A stretch of 64,000 nt of DNA from the human T2T-CHM13v2.0 reference genome, Homo sapiens, in the NCBI RefSeq assembly GCF_009914755.1, contig NC_060945.1; one strand, written 5' to 3'. The notes below the pieces were generated by a model. That model had not been told where the DNA came from. It saw only the letters and a list, made by a program, of their open reading frames with translations, and made no database searches. A program made the translations under genes and the position numbers. Each line of letters starts with the position of its first letter. Position 1 is the stretch's first letter. This document shows, in pieces, positions 45,533 to 59,619 of the stretch.

Positions 45533-45784
45533 TGTTTAGTATTTATTTATTCATTCTACTGTTATTATGTGAGTTCTTTCTACTTTGGAGATATTACTAT
45601 TAATGTTCCTAGGAACATTCTAATACTTGTTTTTAGTGTTTATTTGTATGTGTCTCTGTTGCATATGTATGCAGAAGTGGAATTGCTGGCTTATAGATTA
45701 TCATATGTTCAACTTCATAAGTTACAGGCAAACAATATTCCAAAGTGGTTGTATCAATTTCCCTCCTACCAGCAGTGTGCAAAT

Positions 45785-46465
45785 TAATTTAAAAATTATG
45801 TCTACACAAAAACCTGCACACAGATATTTATAAATGCCTTATCATAACTGCTAAAACTTGGAAGCAACCAGCATGCCCTTCAATAGGTGAATGGATACAT
45901 AACTCATGGTATAGCCAAAAATGAAGGATTTAGTTATGTATTCAAGATTCATAATAAATGAGCTGTCAAGCCATGAACAGACATGGAGGAAACTTAAATG
46001 CATATTACTAAGTGATAGAAGCCAATCTGAACAGTCTATCTCCTGTATACTTTTAACTATTTGACATTCTGGAAAAGGCAAGACTAAGGAGATATTCAAA
46101 AGATCACAGTTTCCAGAGGGAAACCATGGGGAAGGCAGGGGATGAATAGCTGGAGCACAGAAGATTATTAGGACAGTGAAATTATTCTGTATGATACTAC
46201 TATGGTGGACACATACAGAGTACAATGGTCTAGACTCATACATGGTACAATACCAAGAGTAAACCCTAACATCAGTTATGAACTCTGGGGATAATGAAGT
46301 GTCAGGTTGGGTTCATTGATTGTAACAAATGTCCCACTCGGGTGCTGTGGGATGTTGATAATGGAAGAGGCTGCATATTTGTGGGGACACAGTAAATGAG
46401 AATCTCTGCATTTTTGCTCAATTGCTGTGACGCTAAAGCTTCTCAAAAATAAGCTATTAAAAAAC
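45785..46465 (+). mobile_element. L1MC1/2-like 3' end
   Basis: AAAACTTGGAAGCAACCA...AAACTTAAATGCATATTACTAAGTGA...TGTAACAAATGT...A-rich end. Confidence 0.85.
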
Positions 46466-47959
46466 TAAATAAATCCTTTAAATGGTAATATAGTGGAATA
46501 ATGACATTTTATAGGCAAAATGACATAAAGAAAATATTGATATATCTGATATCAACATTTCCATTTTCACAGATTTACTTATATATGGGATTATGGTTAA
46601 TTGATGGTAAAATGTTATTTGCAAATTATAAGAATTTTTTAACCTATTGTTAATAGGTAATAAGGCCTGATGCTACAACAGGCAAAAGATTTAAAAGAGT
46701 ATAAAGTGAAAAGCTTGATGATAACTGTGGCTCGCTTTATCATCAAACTTTTGTTACCTCATCAACGATTCAGTGAACATATGCTATTTGCTAGCATTGT
46801 CAAAGTACATGAAGAAAATGAATCTCCTAGTATATCAAAACATTACAGCGAATGTTATAGACAAAATTGGAGACTTACGCTACATGATTGTACTTGCTTC
46901 AGAAGAGAATATGAATAAATGAAAAGAAAATTTGTTAGTTTTTTTTTTCAAGAGATTCTCCAGAGAGGAAGAAAAAACAGTTTGCACCATAAAAAATAAG
47001 CAAGAATAATTTTAGCTGAAGACTAGAACAGGATAACTAGATGAGCTAACCCAAAAGAGGGGCTACTCAAAATTTAGTTAGTTGTGAATTTCATCCAAAC
47101 ATTTATTTGTCAACTATGATTTACTAGTTGTTGTATTAGACATTGAAGATACAAAAGTCAGTAATTACAGAGGAGCCTACTGCATAGTGAGATAGTAACA
47201 CAAACACATGATTGTAATACAATTGTAATATTATTTAAGCATAAAGCCCAGTGCATCCTGATAACTTTTAGTAGTTGCTGTTAAATACTAAATGCCAGAC
47301 ATATTAAGTATTTACTTTTAAGATCTCCTGTGTCTGTGGCCTCCTATTCTTATTACTCCTCTGGTGGTAGTTTTATTACTAGCTCAGGGGCCTAGCTGAT
47401 CCATATAGCAGTGCATGAATTTCTGTAAAGCTATTTGTATAAAGAATCTCAAAGCCCATCATCTGGGTTTAGGGAATTGAGCCATTACAAGATTGCAAGA
47501 TCACCTAGTTTTGTTCCCCCGGATATTTCTTTAATAACTCTTTACTATGCTCACTTTAGGAGTAGAGACGCCAAAGTTGCAACTGAATCTGTCATGCTCT
47601 GCTTTACTTTGAGGTAGAGAAAAGGTCTATTGACTCTTAATAGGTGCAAAAATTCTGTATATATGTTGGAGAATTTTGAGCAGACATCTCACATCTAAGT
47701 GAAAGAGTTGAAACTGAAGTAACAGGAGAATTTTGCAAAAACACTTAATTCATCTGCATAAGTCACTCTGCTAGAATATAAAAGGGACACCTGTACACAT
47801 AGGACACATGAGACCTGATAAGAAGACAAAAATCTGTGACTTTCAGTTATGTAATTCAGGGTAACGATATGAAGCTTGTTTAATAAAATGATCTGGAGAC
47901 TAGAATGAAATGCAACTGAGATAAAGATCCCAACTTAACTTTTAAAACTTACACTCTTT

Positions 47960-48614
47960 TTGTTTGTTTGTTTGTTTGTTTTTATTATACTTTAAGTTTT
48001 AGGGTACATGTGCACAACATGCAGGTTAGTTACATGTGTATACATGTGCCATGCTGGTGTGCTGCACCCATTAACTCGTCATTTAACATTAGGTACTAAA
48101 GGTCATTATTTTTGAGTCTGTCTTTATCTCTAAGCGCTGACTATTCACAGATATTTAAAGTTCTGAAAGCCTTTTTCCCTCTTTCTCTCTCTCTCTCACT
48201 CTTGAATGTGTCCTTTTGAGCTTTGACTATAAATGTAAAAAGAAAGAATAGCAGCTTTTATGTATTTAAATACAGTCCAAGGTAGTCAGTCATCTCCTGG
48301 TTCTAATTTCATACGATGATCTGAGCTTAGATCACTCTTCAATCTTTAGATAAGTTTTTAAAAACAGAGGCAAAATTAACACATTTTAGATAAACCTATG
48401 TACAGTTTTAATTTTTGAGAAGAGGAGGGAAAGGAACTTAACTACTTAGTGCATCTGTGGTAAGACAAGTTGTCATCCTTGTTGGTATCCATTACAAAAA
48501 AGTCAATTGCAAATGGTTTTGTATTTCTTAGTTGTACAAAAATCTGGGTCTGTGTTTCTACATGTTTTTCAACTAATAAAAAGCTTGTAAAACTAAAAAA
48601 ATAAAAATAAAAAT
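47960..48614 (+). mobile_element. Composite L1-mediated insertion: inverted L1PA 3' end (47960-48095) plus polyadenylated non-L1 segment (48096-48614)
   Basis: Perfect 16-bp TSD AAAACTTACACTCTTT at 47944 and 48615; AATAAA at 48575; A-rich tail from 48595. Confidence 0.9.
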
Positions 48615-49501
48615 AAAACTTACACTCTTTGAAGGAAAGTTTTCCCTCCTATAAAAAGAGCTTATGAGGTAAATTTAGAGGACTTTAGGAATAAATACTA
48701 TAACATCTGTTGTTTAATATATATGACAGTATTTGTTTAATATATATCACAGGTTTACTTCGAATGCTTCTGGATAAATTAGGAAAAAAAATGGCTATGA
48801 TGGACAGTGGAAGGTTTGAATTTAGTTACATTTCAGTGATGGAATTATCAATCCAAAAGACATGTAAAATCATGTAACGTACAAATTAAGTAAACTGGGT
48901 GGGGGAGAAAGCAAAAAATGAAAAACTATAGCAAAAAATGGAAGAGTAAAATATTTTCAGAAAACACATACTAGATAAAAAGAAGACAATGGAGAGAGAA
49001 CCTATACAACGGAGGTGCGACATAATTAATATCCTGGACAGAAGGAAACGGCTGTGTCAGGGTCACCTGCATACTGGGACAGGCAGAGTGAAGAAAACAG
49101 TGGAAGCTTTTTCTTCTTTCATTTGTTAAAGTTAGCTGTTTAGCTTTATAAAGATATCCCTAGGAATATGACATTGTAACTTTTCTCTGGCTTTGTGCTT
49201 TCTTAGATACTAAATTCTGCCTTGTGGTGACGAAAATTAATGGCATAAATGCATTCATAAAGGAAGTTATTAAAGAGTTATGTGACTGAATTACAAGTAA
49301 GGATTATTATACTTGCAAGTTCATAATGTAAATTTTTAAAAAAAAAACATAATACAGAAAGGGCGTGGCTTCTAAAAACACAGTCCCGAGAAGAGTTGTA
49401 CAATTCATAAGGATATCTAAGCTGTGTATAAGTAGTTTGTGTAAGTGCTTGACTTTCCATAATTTTGATCCTGTAGTAATTTTTTTAAAAAATTAAAGGC
49501 C

Positions 49502-49807
49502 GTAGGGACATGGATGAAGCTGGAAACCCATCATTTTGAGCAAACTATCGCAAGGACAGAAAACCAAACACCGCATGTTCTCACTCATAGGTGGGAATTG
49601 AACAATGAGGACACTTGGACACATGGTGAGGACTATCACACACTGGGGCCTGTCGTGGGGTGGGGGGAATGGGGAGGGATAGCATTAGGAGATATACCTA
49701 ATGTAAATGGTGAGTTAATGGGTGCAGCACACCAACATGGCACATGTATACATATGTAACAAACCTGCACGTTGTGCACATGTACCCTAGAACTTAGAGT
49801 ATAATAA
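49502..49807 (+). mobile_element. 5'-truncated L1PA (L1PA5/6-like)
   Basis: ORF2 tail plus 3' UTR; TSD AAAAAATTAAAGGCC at 49487 and 49808. Confidence 0.95.
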
Positions 49808-51979
49808 AAAAAATTAAAGGCCATATATTTACTTTAGAATGTAATGAATTCTTGAAAACAGAAAGACTAAGAGTTGATCAATCTGGTGAAGGCATCATCC
49901 TTTATTGTGTATAAAGTTTGTTTAGGGGAAGCACTGTTCCTTGAGGAGCTGATAGAGTCAATGTTTAACAGTAGGGATTCTATCCCCATGTTTTCTTATC
50001 TTGGAGATTGAGGGGGTGAAAGTGTCACTGTGTCTGCTGGAGAGCTCAGATTTAAATTAAATATTAGACCACAATAATTTTATGATCATAGGTTTCTAGG
50101 TGTTTGGTATTTTTATTACTCTATTTCTACAGGGTTTGTTTGTTTTGATAGCTGTCATTTTAATTGTTTGGCTTTATCATACATTATCTCCACTCCCCTT
50201 TAGAATTGTGCCAGACTAGAGGAAATGAGGATAAATCTGGAAGAGAGAGAAGAAGAGAGAGGTAGAGGAAATAAAATTATTGACTTTGGATCATTTTTGA
50301 TACAAATAGTAACAGAAAGATATTTTTATTAAACATTCCTGGTACACGTGAACTTAAAATGTGGCATATATATATGCTGACATCCTATTAGGTATTTTTC
50401 ATATCATTCATGTGCTAGATGAAATAGAATGAGAATTAGAATGAAGCAAAACATACCAGATTATGTAAATAACAGTGAGAAAGATTGTGGAGTGAGTGAG
50501 TTAATAAAAAATCCCTGAGCACCAAATCTGCTTCTGAGCCTTAGGTTAAGCATTGGAATGATTTCATCCAGAGTTAAAAATTTATCTTTGAATTAAATAT
50601 CTAAAGGGATACCTCAGAAGACTAAAATTAGAACCCTAGTTTCCTTCCAAGGGAAAAGATCAAATACATGTACAAACTTACATGTCCTTGTAATTGAGTA
50701 ACCTTCAGTTTGATTGAGAATTTAACACTGTAAATAAAAGGTAAGTTTTAATTTACCAGCTCCGTATGGGTTGTTGGAGAATTAAATCATTTTGGGGAGC
50801 CCATATTTGCATAACACAATTTATTATTTGTAATTAACTAACCTTTACAAAGTTCCATTTTTAATTTCCTCCTGTCAAGATATCTGGAAAATGCAAAGTT
50901 AATAAGCATTGCATATAAGGGACTGCGTTATTGTAGAAGCTTTGGTAAGCATTGGATGGATGAAACAGGCAAATCCCAAGTTAATTAAAGAGTTGTCAAC
51001 CCATCACATTGTTCACTTGAAAACATGTGGAGAAATATTTTATATTATTTCTAAGTAACAACATACATAAGTTATCATTTCGTAGAGTAATAAGCTAAAG
51101 TAACATTGACCAGCACTGTTTGATCAGCATTGTTTTCTTCTAGTCCTTCCTATTTTGTGAGCACCAAACATTCATAGCCGAGCAAAACCTAAATTAAAAT
51201 CAGATTATTAGATATAGTATATATATAATGATAAAATCCAATTAGGATATTATATTCTATCATTGGTATATATACATATATATTTTTGGACAATATTTTC
51301 AATAGGATGGGAAACAGTTAATCTCTACAGCACAAAAATTGATTACAGTGTTTTGACAATGATGGTTTCCATCACAATAGGATTATTATACTTTGTGTTT
51401 TGAGCAGAGAGAATTATAAATTATTATAAGTGATTAAAAACCAGTCAAAGTCGTGCAATGCTATGGAATCCATCAAACTAGAGGGTCCTTTACACCATGC
51501 CAGCACTCCACCAAAAGGATACCTAGAAATTTATTTTGCCTACTTCCAAGTCTAATAAAAATAATTAAAATTGACATTCTCACATTTGTTTTTTTCCTCC
51601 TTTTAATATTCTCGGCTAATAAGAAATATTGATGCTTCTTGGGATTTAATGGGTTTATTTTTAATAAGAAAAAAAAACAAAAGCAATTACAAAGAAAACA
51701 TCCATCCCCTACCCCCGACCTCAGAGTGTTATCAAGCTCTGCTTGATGCTTTATCTAACCATTATAGTACATAGAAACAAAAACAGTAGTAGTAGTTGGC
51801 CATATGAATCTAAATTAGATCCAATGCTTTGTGGGACTGTAGGAGGTCTTCTATGTCAGTTTCTTGAATGTACATATGAGACACCCACAAGATCAAGTGC
51901 GCAAGCTAGTGTAGCCATTCATGTCTTTCTATTTTACTAGGTTACTAACTTTTCTCAATATTTTAGTCTTTTTACTCGC

Positions 51980-52380
51980 TGATTTGGTCTAGTTCTGTGT
52001 CCCCACCCAAATCTCATGTGGAATTGTCATTCTCAATTTTGGAGATGGGGCCTGGTGGGAAGTGATTGGATCATGGGGGTGGTTACTAAAGGTTTGGCAT
52101 CATTCCCTTAGTGCTGTCTCATGATAGAGTTCTCAGGAGATCTGGTCGCTTGAAAGTGTGTAGCACTCCTGTCTCTCTCTCTCTCCTGATGGCCATGTGA
52201 AGACAGTGAAGACATGCTTGCTTCCCCTTCACCTTCCACCATGATTGCAAGTTTCCTGAGGCCTCCTCAGCCATGCTTCCTGTAGGGTCTGTGGAACTGT
52301 GAGTCATTTAAGCCTCTTTTCTTTAGAAATTACCCAGTTTCAGGTACGTCTTTATAGCAATCTGAGAACAGACTAATACA
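51980..52380 (+). mobile_element. MSTA-like solo LTR
   Basis: TGAT...TGTGTCCCCACCCAAATCTCATG...GACTAATACA; ~400 bp. Confidence 0.9.
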
Positions 52381-52504
52381 CTTATCAAAATGTCTTATGA
52401 TAGGACTGACTAAGTAAATTTAGAATAGTTGTTCAGGAAGATGATAAGTACAAAACAAAACAGCTTGATTCTCAAGCCATTTCTATAATCACATGCATTT
52501 TTGC

Positions 52505-52508
<4 letters not shown>

Positions 52509-52540
<32 letters not shown>
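52509..52540. repeat. (AC)16 microsatellite
   Basis: Uninterrupted AC repeat. Confidence 0.95.
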
Positions 52541-52541
<1 letters not shown>

Positions 52542-52857
52542 ACTCATACAAATGTAATCTGACTTCGTAGTGACCATTGTAATTTTCTTACACAATTTCC
52601 TTAAAATTAAAATTTCTTACACAATTTTCTTAAAATGGTGTCAACTAGAAACATGAATTATTTGCCAGGTTCTTAAAATTTGAAATTTGCTTTGGAATAT
52701 TTAAAAGGGCAAAGCTCACTAATTTTTTTCACAGCCTGGCTCTTCAATAATTTCCTATTACATGATTGTCACCACCATCCATCATGTTATTTCAAAAAGA
52801 AATTTGGGAATTCTTTTCTAACCATAGTAAATCATCAGACATTAAGAAAAAAATGCA

Positions 52858-53557
<700 letters not shown>

Positions 53558-54159
53558 TTAAAGTTTTTAAAAAGTATTTTTAAAGTTCTTTTTAAAATTT
53601 TTTTTCTTCTAATCTTTTACAGAACCACTAAATTGACTGTGGAAAATGGGCAAGTACAAAAAAGTTCACACATAAACGAATAATAATTGTTTTAATTGTA
53701 TAAACCAGAAGTTTTTCTAATAATAATTAATGAAAGGTAAATTATATATAGCAGATTATAGTAACAATGTTATATAATTTTTATCCACCCAATTGTAAGG
53801 GTTAATCAAAAATAAAACTAAGCTGTTATAAGCAGAGAATAGGAATGATATTCTCCATTAGAGAAAATATTGGCTGAATCTTTAAAAAAAAACAGATACT
53901 CTAGTAAAATCTACCAAGAAACTTAAAAATCTCACTTGATTATTTATTCAGTTTTTTTCTATTCTGAAGAAAGAACAGTATTCTAGAAAAAAAATCAATC
54001 TATAAAAGTAGTAATAATTATTTGGCCAAAATTATAGAAATATTTTTCTATGCATAAATATATATATATATAATTTATACATTTTTCTATGTATAAATAT
54101 GTATAAAATTTATAAATGTATTTTAATATTAAGCTCAAAAATGGAAACCTGTGTTATTG

Positions 54160-54790
54160 CTCCTAATCATGATTCCCCTTTTCCAGTAGAAGGTTTTATA
54201 TTTATCATTGTCCTTTGTCATGTGACTTGCACTACCGTAATATAGGGAGGATGTTATTCTCCACCTCCTTGTCAGGTTGATCATGTGATTTGCTTTGTCA
54301 ACAGAATGTGTGTGAAAGTGATGTACACGAGGCTGGGCGCAGTGGTTCACGCCTGTAATCCCAGTACTTTGGGAGGCCGAGGCGGGTGGATCACGAGGTC
54401 AGGAGATCGAGACCATCCTGGCTAACACGGTGAAACCCCGTCTCTACTAAAAATACAAAAAAATAGCCAGGCATGGTGGCGGGCGCCTGTAGTGCCAAAT
54501 ACTCTGGAGGCTGAGGCAGGAGAATGGCGTGAACCCGGGAGGCGGAGGTTGCAGTGAGCCGAGAGATCGCGCCACTGCACTCCAGCCTGGGCAACACAGT
54601 GAGACTCTGCCTCAAAAAAAAAAAAAAAAAGTGGTAAGAAAGTGATGTACACGAGTTGTCACTGGAGGTTTAAGAGCCATTCCATGTTTCCAATGCTCTC
54701 CTATTTCTCTTCTGTCAAGAGAAGCACATTGCCTGAATAGGGGTCTGCTCCTTGGGATTGGAGCTCAGCATAGAGAATAGAGCTTGATTA
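54160..54790 (+). mobile_element. MLT1J-like LTR split by an Alu
   Basis: CATGTGATTTGCTTTGTCAACAGAATGTG...TTTAAGAGCCA. Confidence 0.65.
54331..54630 (+). mobile_element. AluY-like
   Basis: GAGATCGAGACCATCCTGGCTAACACGG and GAATGGCGTGAACCCGGG; TSD GAAAGTGATGTACACGA at 54314 and 54638. Confidence 0.95.
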
Positions 54791-54889
54791 GGTGTAAAGT
54801 TTCATAAAGGATTTTGAAAATTTTTGAAACTGCACAATTTGTACAGTTTTTCAACCTCATATACTATATATGGATACACCACACACGTA

Positions 54890-55170
54890 TGCAAATATAT
54901 GTAAATTAATATATTAAATTAAATTATATAATAGTAAATTGTTAAATTAATAATATAATTTAATAGCTTTTCCTTTGAAGGCATATATGAGAGATTATTT
55001 ATAAAATATTTTAAATAGATAATACAGAAATTTAAAAAATATATAATGTTATATAAAAATATTATATATATATAATGTTATATAAAAATATTATTTTACA
55101 TAATTACATATTATTTATGTATATAGTTTATATAATTTAAATAATATATTATATAAAATCATATTTACTA
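54890..55170. repeat. AT-rich low-complexity tract
   Basis: Near-pure A/T, including ATATAATGTTATATAAAAATATTA twice at 29-bp spacing. Confidence 0.8.
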
Positions 55171-56023
55171 ATTGTTTATTAGTATAGATGAGTATACTTT
55201 TTTATTGTTGTATTCATGAAAAGTAGCTTGATAGGCATTTACATTGTTACTGGATCTTTTCATAATCTCAAATATGACTTGAACATTTTAACATCTAGAT
55301 TCATGTTCTGTATCTTAAAACGTTTAATGTTTGATTAAACTAATTTGTTAAACTCATAAGAAAGGAGTGAATTTCCATTTCAGATTTATGTCATTTGCAG
55401 TGTGTACCTACGTAATGTCATGATAGGCATTTTACATTTTTAACTATATATTTTTGAGGAATCCTAAAGGTGCAGTGGATGGTGTCTGCAGTATGCAAGC
55501 CTGGTGGCTGTGGGACCAGCTAAAGTCTGTATTCCAAATTTTATGGAGAAGATCAGGAGAATTATATTCTATGATATATTTAAAAATGTACAAATATGCT
55601 TCAAAAGATTAAAAGTAGTTTGTAACCTACGCAATATTTGAAGAGTAGCTAGCGTATTGATATCTACTTCCTGCATTGTAGCTTTATGTATCTGGTGATG
55701 AAACACCTTTACATGCATCCTGTTCAGAAACCTGGAGCCAAGTAACACTTCATAAAAGTGCTGAAATGGCTACCATTCAACAATATTTCATCATATAGTC
55801 TGTTTTCTATTCATTTCACATTTATTCTCTCATCTTTCATCTATGGACTTCTTTTCTATATTTTCACTAGATAAATTTTTATTATAAAGAGACAACTTTA
55901 GAAGGGGAACTCTGCCAGAGACTCGGTGATTTATTAACAATACAGAGTCTGATTCTTATTAAGTACAGAGGTATAATTTTCATCTCCTCTCCATCCTTTC
56001 CCATTTTCAATTTCTGCTTCTAA

Positions 56024-56074
56024 TTTATGCCCCCAATTCACCTTCTGGTTTATGCCCCCAATTCACCTTCTGGT
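56024..56074. repeat. Perfect 25-bp tandem duplication
   Basis: TTTATGCCCCCAATTCACCTTCTGG x2. Confidence 0.95.
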
Positions 56075-56642
56075 CTCCACACAATGACCTTCTTCAGCCC
56101 TCACTATCATAATATAGAATCCCCAGCATGAACAGGCAGACTCGCCCTTCTGCAAATAGTGACTCAAGGTCACCTGTCTCTTTCCATTGGGGAATCCAGC
56201 ATCTTTCATCCATAGCTTCCAAGCATGAGACAATGAGATGATGGAGCATAAAAAGTGATGTTTTAAGGGAAAGGCAAAGATACTCTACAGATCACTTTTG
56301 TTATCATTCTTATAAATTCTGCTTCACATAGCCCCAACCTAATGGGGAGAAACTTAGAGTGGCATTCCCTTTTGTGCATAGGAAGTATAAACAGAGCTGA
56401 TGATCACATAACTAATTTCTTCCATATGATCTTCTACCTAAAATACATGAATATATTCAAAGGTAAATTTAAATATTAAGCTACATTTATTAATTCCACA
56501 AATATATCATATGTGCACTGTATGACAAGCACTATGGGATGCACTATATATATAAGTGTTATAAGTGCTAACAAAATCCAGACCCTACTTTTGAGTAATA
56601 CAAATAATGACGCGATATTGTTGTATTTCTTTTTGTCTTCTT

Positions 56643-56936
56643 TTTTTTTTTCTTTTTGAGATGGAGTCTCACTTTGTCGCCCAGGCTGGGATGCAATGGC
56701 GATCTTGGCTCAATGCAACCTCCACCTGCCAAGTTCAAGTGATTCTCCTGCCTCAGCCTCCCTAGTATTTGGAACTACAGGCATGTGCCACTATCCCCTG
56801 CTAATTTTTTGTATTTTTAGTAGAGAAGGGGTTTCACTGTGTTAGCAAAGATGGTCTCGATCTCCTGACCTCTTGACCTACCCGCCTCGGCCTCCCAAAA
56901 TGCTGGGATTACAGGTGTGAGCCATGGCACCTGGCC
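56643..56936 (-). mobile_element. Alu (Sc8/Y-like)
   Basis: Full dimer; TSD TCTTTTTGTCTTCTT at 56628 and 56937. Confidence 0.95.
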
Positions 56937-57363
56937 TCTTTTTGTCTTCTTAATACTATTTTATCTAATGGCTTTTGTCAGCCATGGTGGTCAGTGAAAA
57001 AATATATGATAAAACTTACTGAACTGAATACAGCTACTAAATCATATTTTTTCACTTCAGCATAATTGTTTGTGTTTGAAACACCATAACTGCAAAACAT
57101 GAAGGATATAAAAGATGGGCAAAACACAGCAAATAAAAGGAAAGCATAATAGTGACATGACTTTGATGAAATTAATTTCTTATTTAAAATATTTTTATAC
57201 CCCTAACAAATAAAAGATCTTAAGATATCGTACCTAACATCTTTACTGACTTTTTAATGAGAAATGTAGTTTTACAGTGATTTAGTAATTTTTTGCATAA
57301 AGTTTACTGAAAATAAAAGAATATTTCTAATGTATGTGGGGTTTTTTTAGCACCTTCTGAACA

Positions 57364-57677
<314 letters not shown>

Positions 57678-58059
57678 CTACGCTTTGGGGAAAAAAAATT
57701 AGATAGAGCTCAGATGTTTAGAGCTTGCAGTCTGGGTCAATGGTTAGACATCTAAACAGATATGATATCATAATGAGGTAAGTACAAAGAGAGTTAGACA
57801 CTAAGTTACTTCCCTATGTCAGTGACTCAAATTGCTTTGAGTACACAGATCCTTCCCAGCAGCTAATTATGGTACAATTTGATGAAATGTGTGTAGAGTG
57901 TCACCAGTACACAAATCATGGTTTGTTCCAAATTACTGCTGAATACCTCCTTTTAGGTGTCCACTCTTCTATCCCATCAAATTCTCTATTTATATAACTC
58001 ATTTACACACCAGAACTAGATCAAGCCGTAGTGTGCAGCACTTTCCCCTTTACTACAGT

Positions 58060-58290
58060 GCAGAAGAGTGCAGTGTTCATGAACTCAGGCTTAAAGTAGG
58101 GGCTCAAAACCATGACTTTGCTACCTACCAGGCTGGAAAGGATATTTCACTTATCATGCTTAAAAGTGTTTTTTTTTCCCTTCCTGAGAAAAGTTGGAAA
58201 AAGAATACTACTTATCTTAGCAAGTGTTACAATGTAAGCAGAGGCTTAGCATAGAATTAAATGTATGGTGCTCATTAAATGACAATATAT
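58060..58290 (+). mobile_element. MIR remnant
   Basis: ACTTTGCTACCTACC...AATACTACTTATCTT...GCTTAGCATAG...GTGCTCATTAAAT. Confidence 0.55.
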
Positions 58291-58444
58291 AAACTGTAGT
58301 AGTTGCTGTCAACATTGATATTATCATTATTACATCATTTTGTGTGAATCTGTATAATAACTTTTGTAATTTTGTAATTAATAAAGGGATGGAAATTGCA
58401 AAAAGAGAAATGATTGCTTTGTTAATTGATTAATATGTGGCATT

Positions 58445-59210
58445 ATACGCACAGTGGTTAAAAGCATGGCCTTTGAATGAAAATTGCCTTGGTTTAAATC
58501 TCACGTTACCTTCTAACTTATGGTCTAAACTTGGTAAAAATACGTATTTTTTCCTACTTCAGTTTCCCCAGCAAATAAATTGAGAAAATAATAGTTCCTT
58601 TATATTTGTCAGGGTTTTCCAGAGAAACAGGACCAATAAAATGCATATATATACATGTATGTGTGTGTATTTATTATTAAATATGAGGAATTGACTCACA
58701 TAATTATGGAGGCTGCGAAGCCTCATAATCTCCTTTCTCACAGCTGTAGACCCAGGAAAGCTGGTGGTGCAATTCAGTCTAAGTGTGAAGGCCTGAGAAC
58801 CAGAGGAACCAATGATGTAAATGCCAGTTCCAGAATGAGAGAAGATGAGATGTCCAGTCAAGCAGTGGGGCAGAAAAGAAAATGAGAGATGAGGGGCAGA
58901 TTACTCTTTCCTCTACCTTTTGTTCTATTGAGGGCCTTAAGAGATTGGACAATGATACCCACCACACTGAGAAGGCAATCTACTGTACTGAATTATCCAA
59001 TTCCAATGCTAATCCCTTCCACAAACACCCTCTCAGAAACAGCCGAAATAATGATTGGTCTGGGCACACCAAGGCCCAGTCAAGTTGACACATGAGATTA
59101 ACTATCATACCCTCTGTCCTGAATTTACCATGAAATTGTATGAAGTGAAATATGTAAAGTGCTTAGCATGATACCTTGCACATAATAAGTACTATGTAAG
59201 TGAATGCTTT
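58445..59210 (+). mobile_element. MIR split by an MLT2 LTR
   Basis: CAGTGGTTAAAAGCATGG...GGTTTAAATC...CAGTTTCCCCA before the LTR; TATGTAAAGTGCTTAGCA...CATAATAAGTAC after it. Confidence 0.7.
58601..59109 (-). mobile_element. MLT2 (MLT2D-like) solo LTR
   Basis: GTCAGGGTTTTCCAGAGAAACAG...GGAATTGACTCACA...CCCAGTCAAGTTGACACA. Confidence 0.9.
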
Positions 59211-59619
59211 GTCACTAATACTACTGTTTTAATTATAGTATTCATGATACTATTAATATCCTCTTGGAAAGCATATGAAGTATATGGGATTCCTCTGATC
59301 TCTTATATTCCCAATATTGAGATCACTTATTCCCTGCCTCTTTGTAAGGTCTCCTTCTTTTTTTGGCTGTTACCACATTAAGGGTAAAATGCTGTCTCAG
59401 GGATTCAAAATTCTTTTTCTGAAACCTGGCAAATTGTCTCCCTAACCACTTCTTCATGACATAGATCATGCCTAATGCATTGAAGACATACAGCATTCTT
59501 ATTCCTTCAACAAAATTGTGGTGGAGCACCTGCCAGGTGTTGCTATCACAGCAGCTATGCATTTTCCTCACACTCATCTGGGGCTTTTCCATCACGTGCT
59601 CGGCCCTTCATCTCATCAC

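Noticed and set aside
45851-46243. 130-aa ORF
   Set aside because: Antisense reading of an L1MC 3' end.
50805-50820. Octamer with neighbouring Sox-like site (ATTTGCATAACACAAT)
   Set aside because: Spacing differs from the canonical Oct-Sox composite, and such sequences are common in AT-rich DNA.
52584-52636. 29-bp-period imperfect duplication
   Set aside because: Short, AT-rich and ordinary slippage; the same applies to small repeats near 1762, 3020 and 4458.
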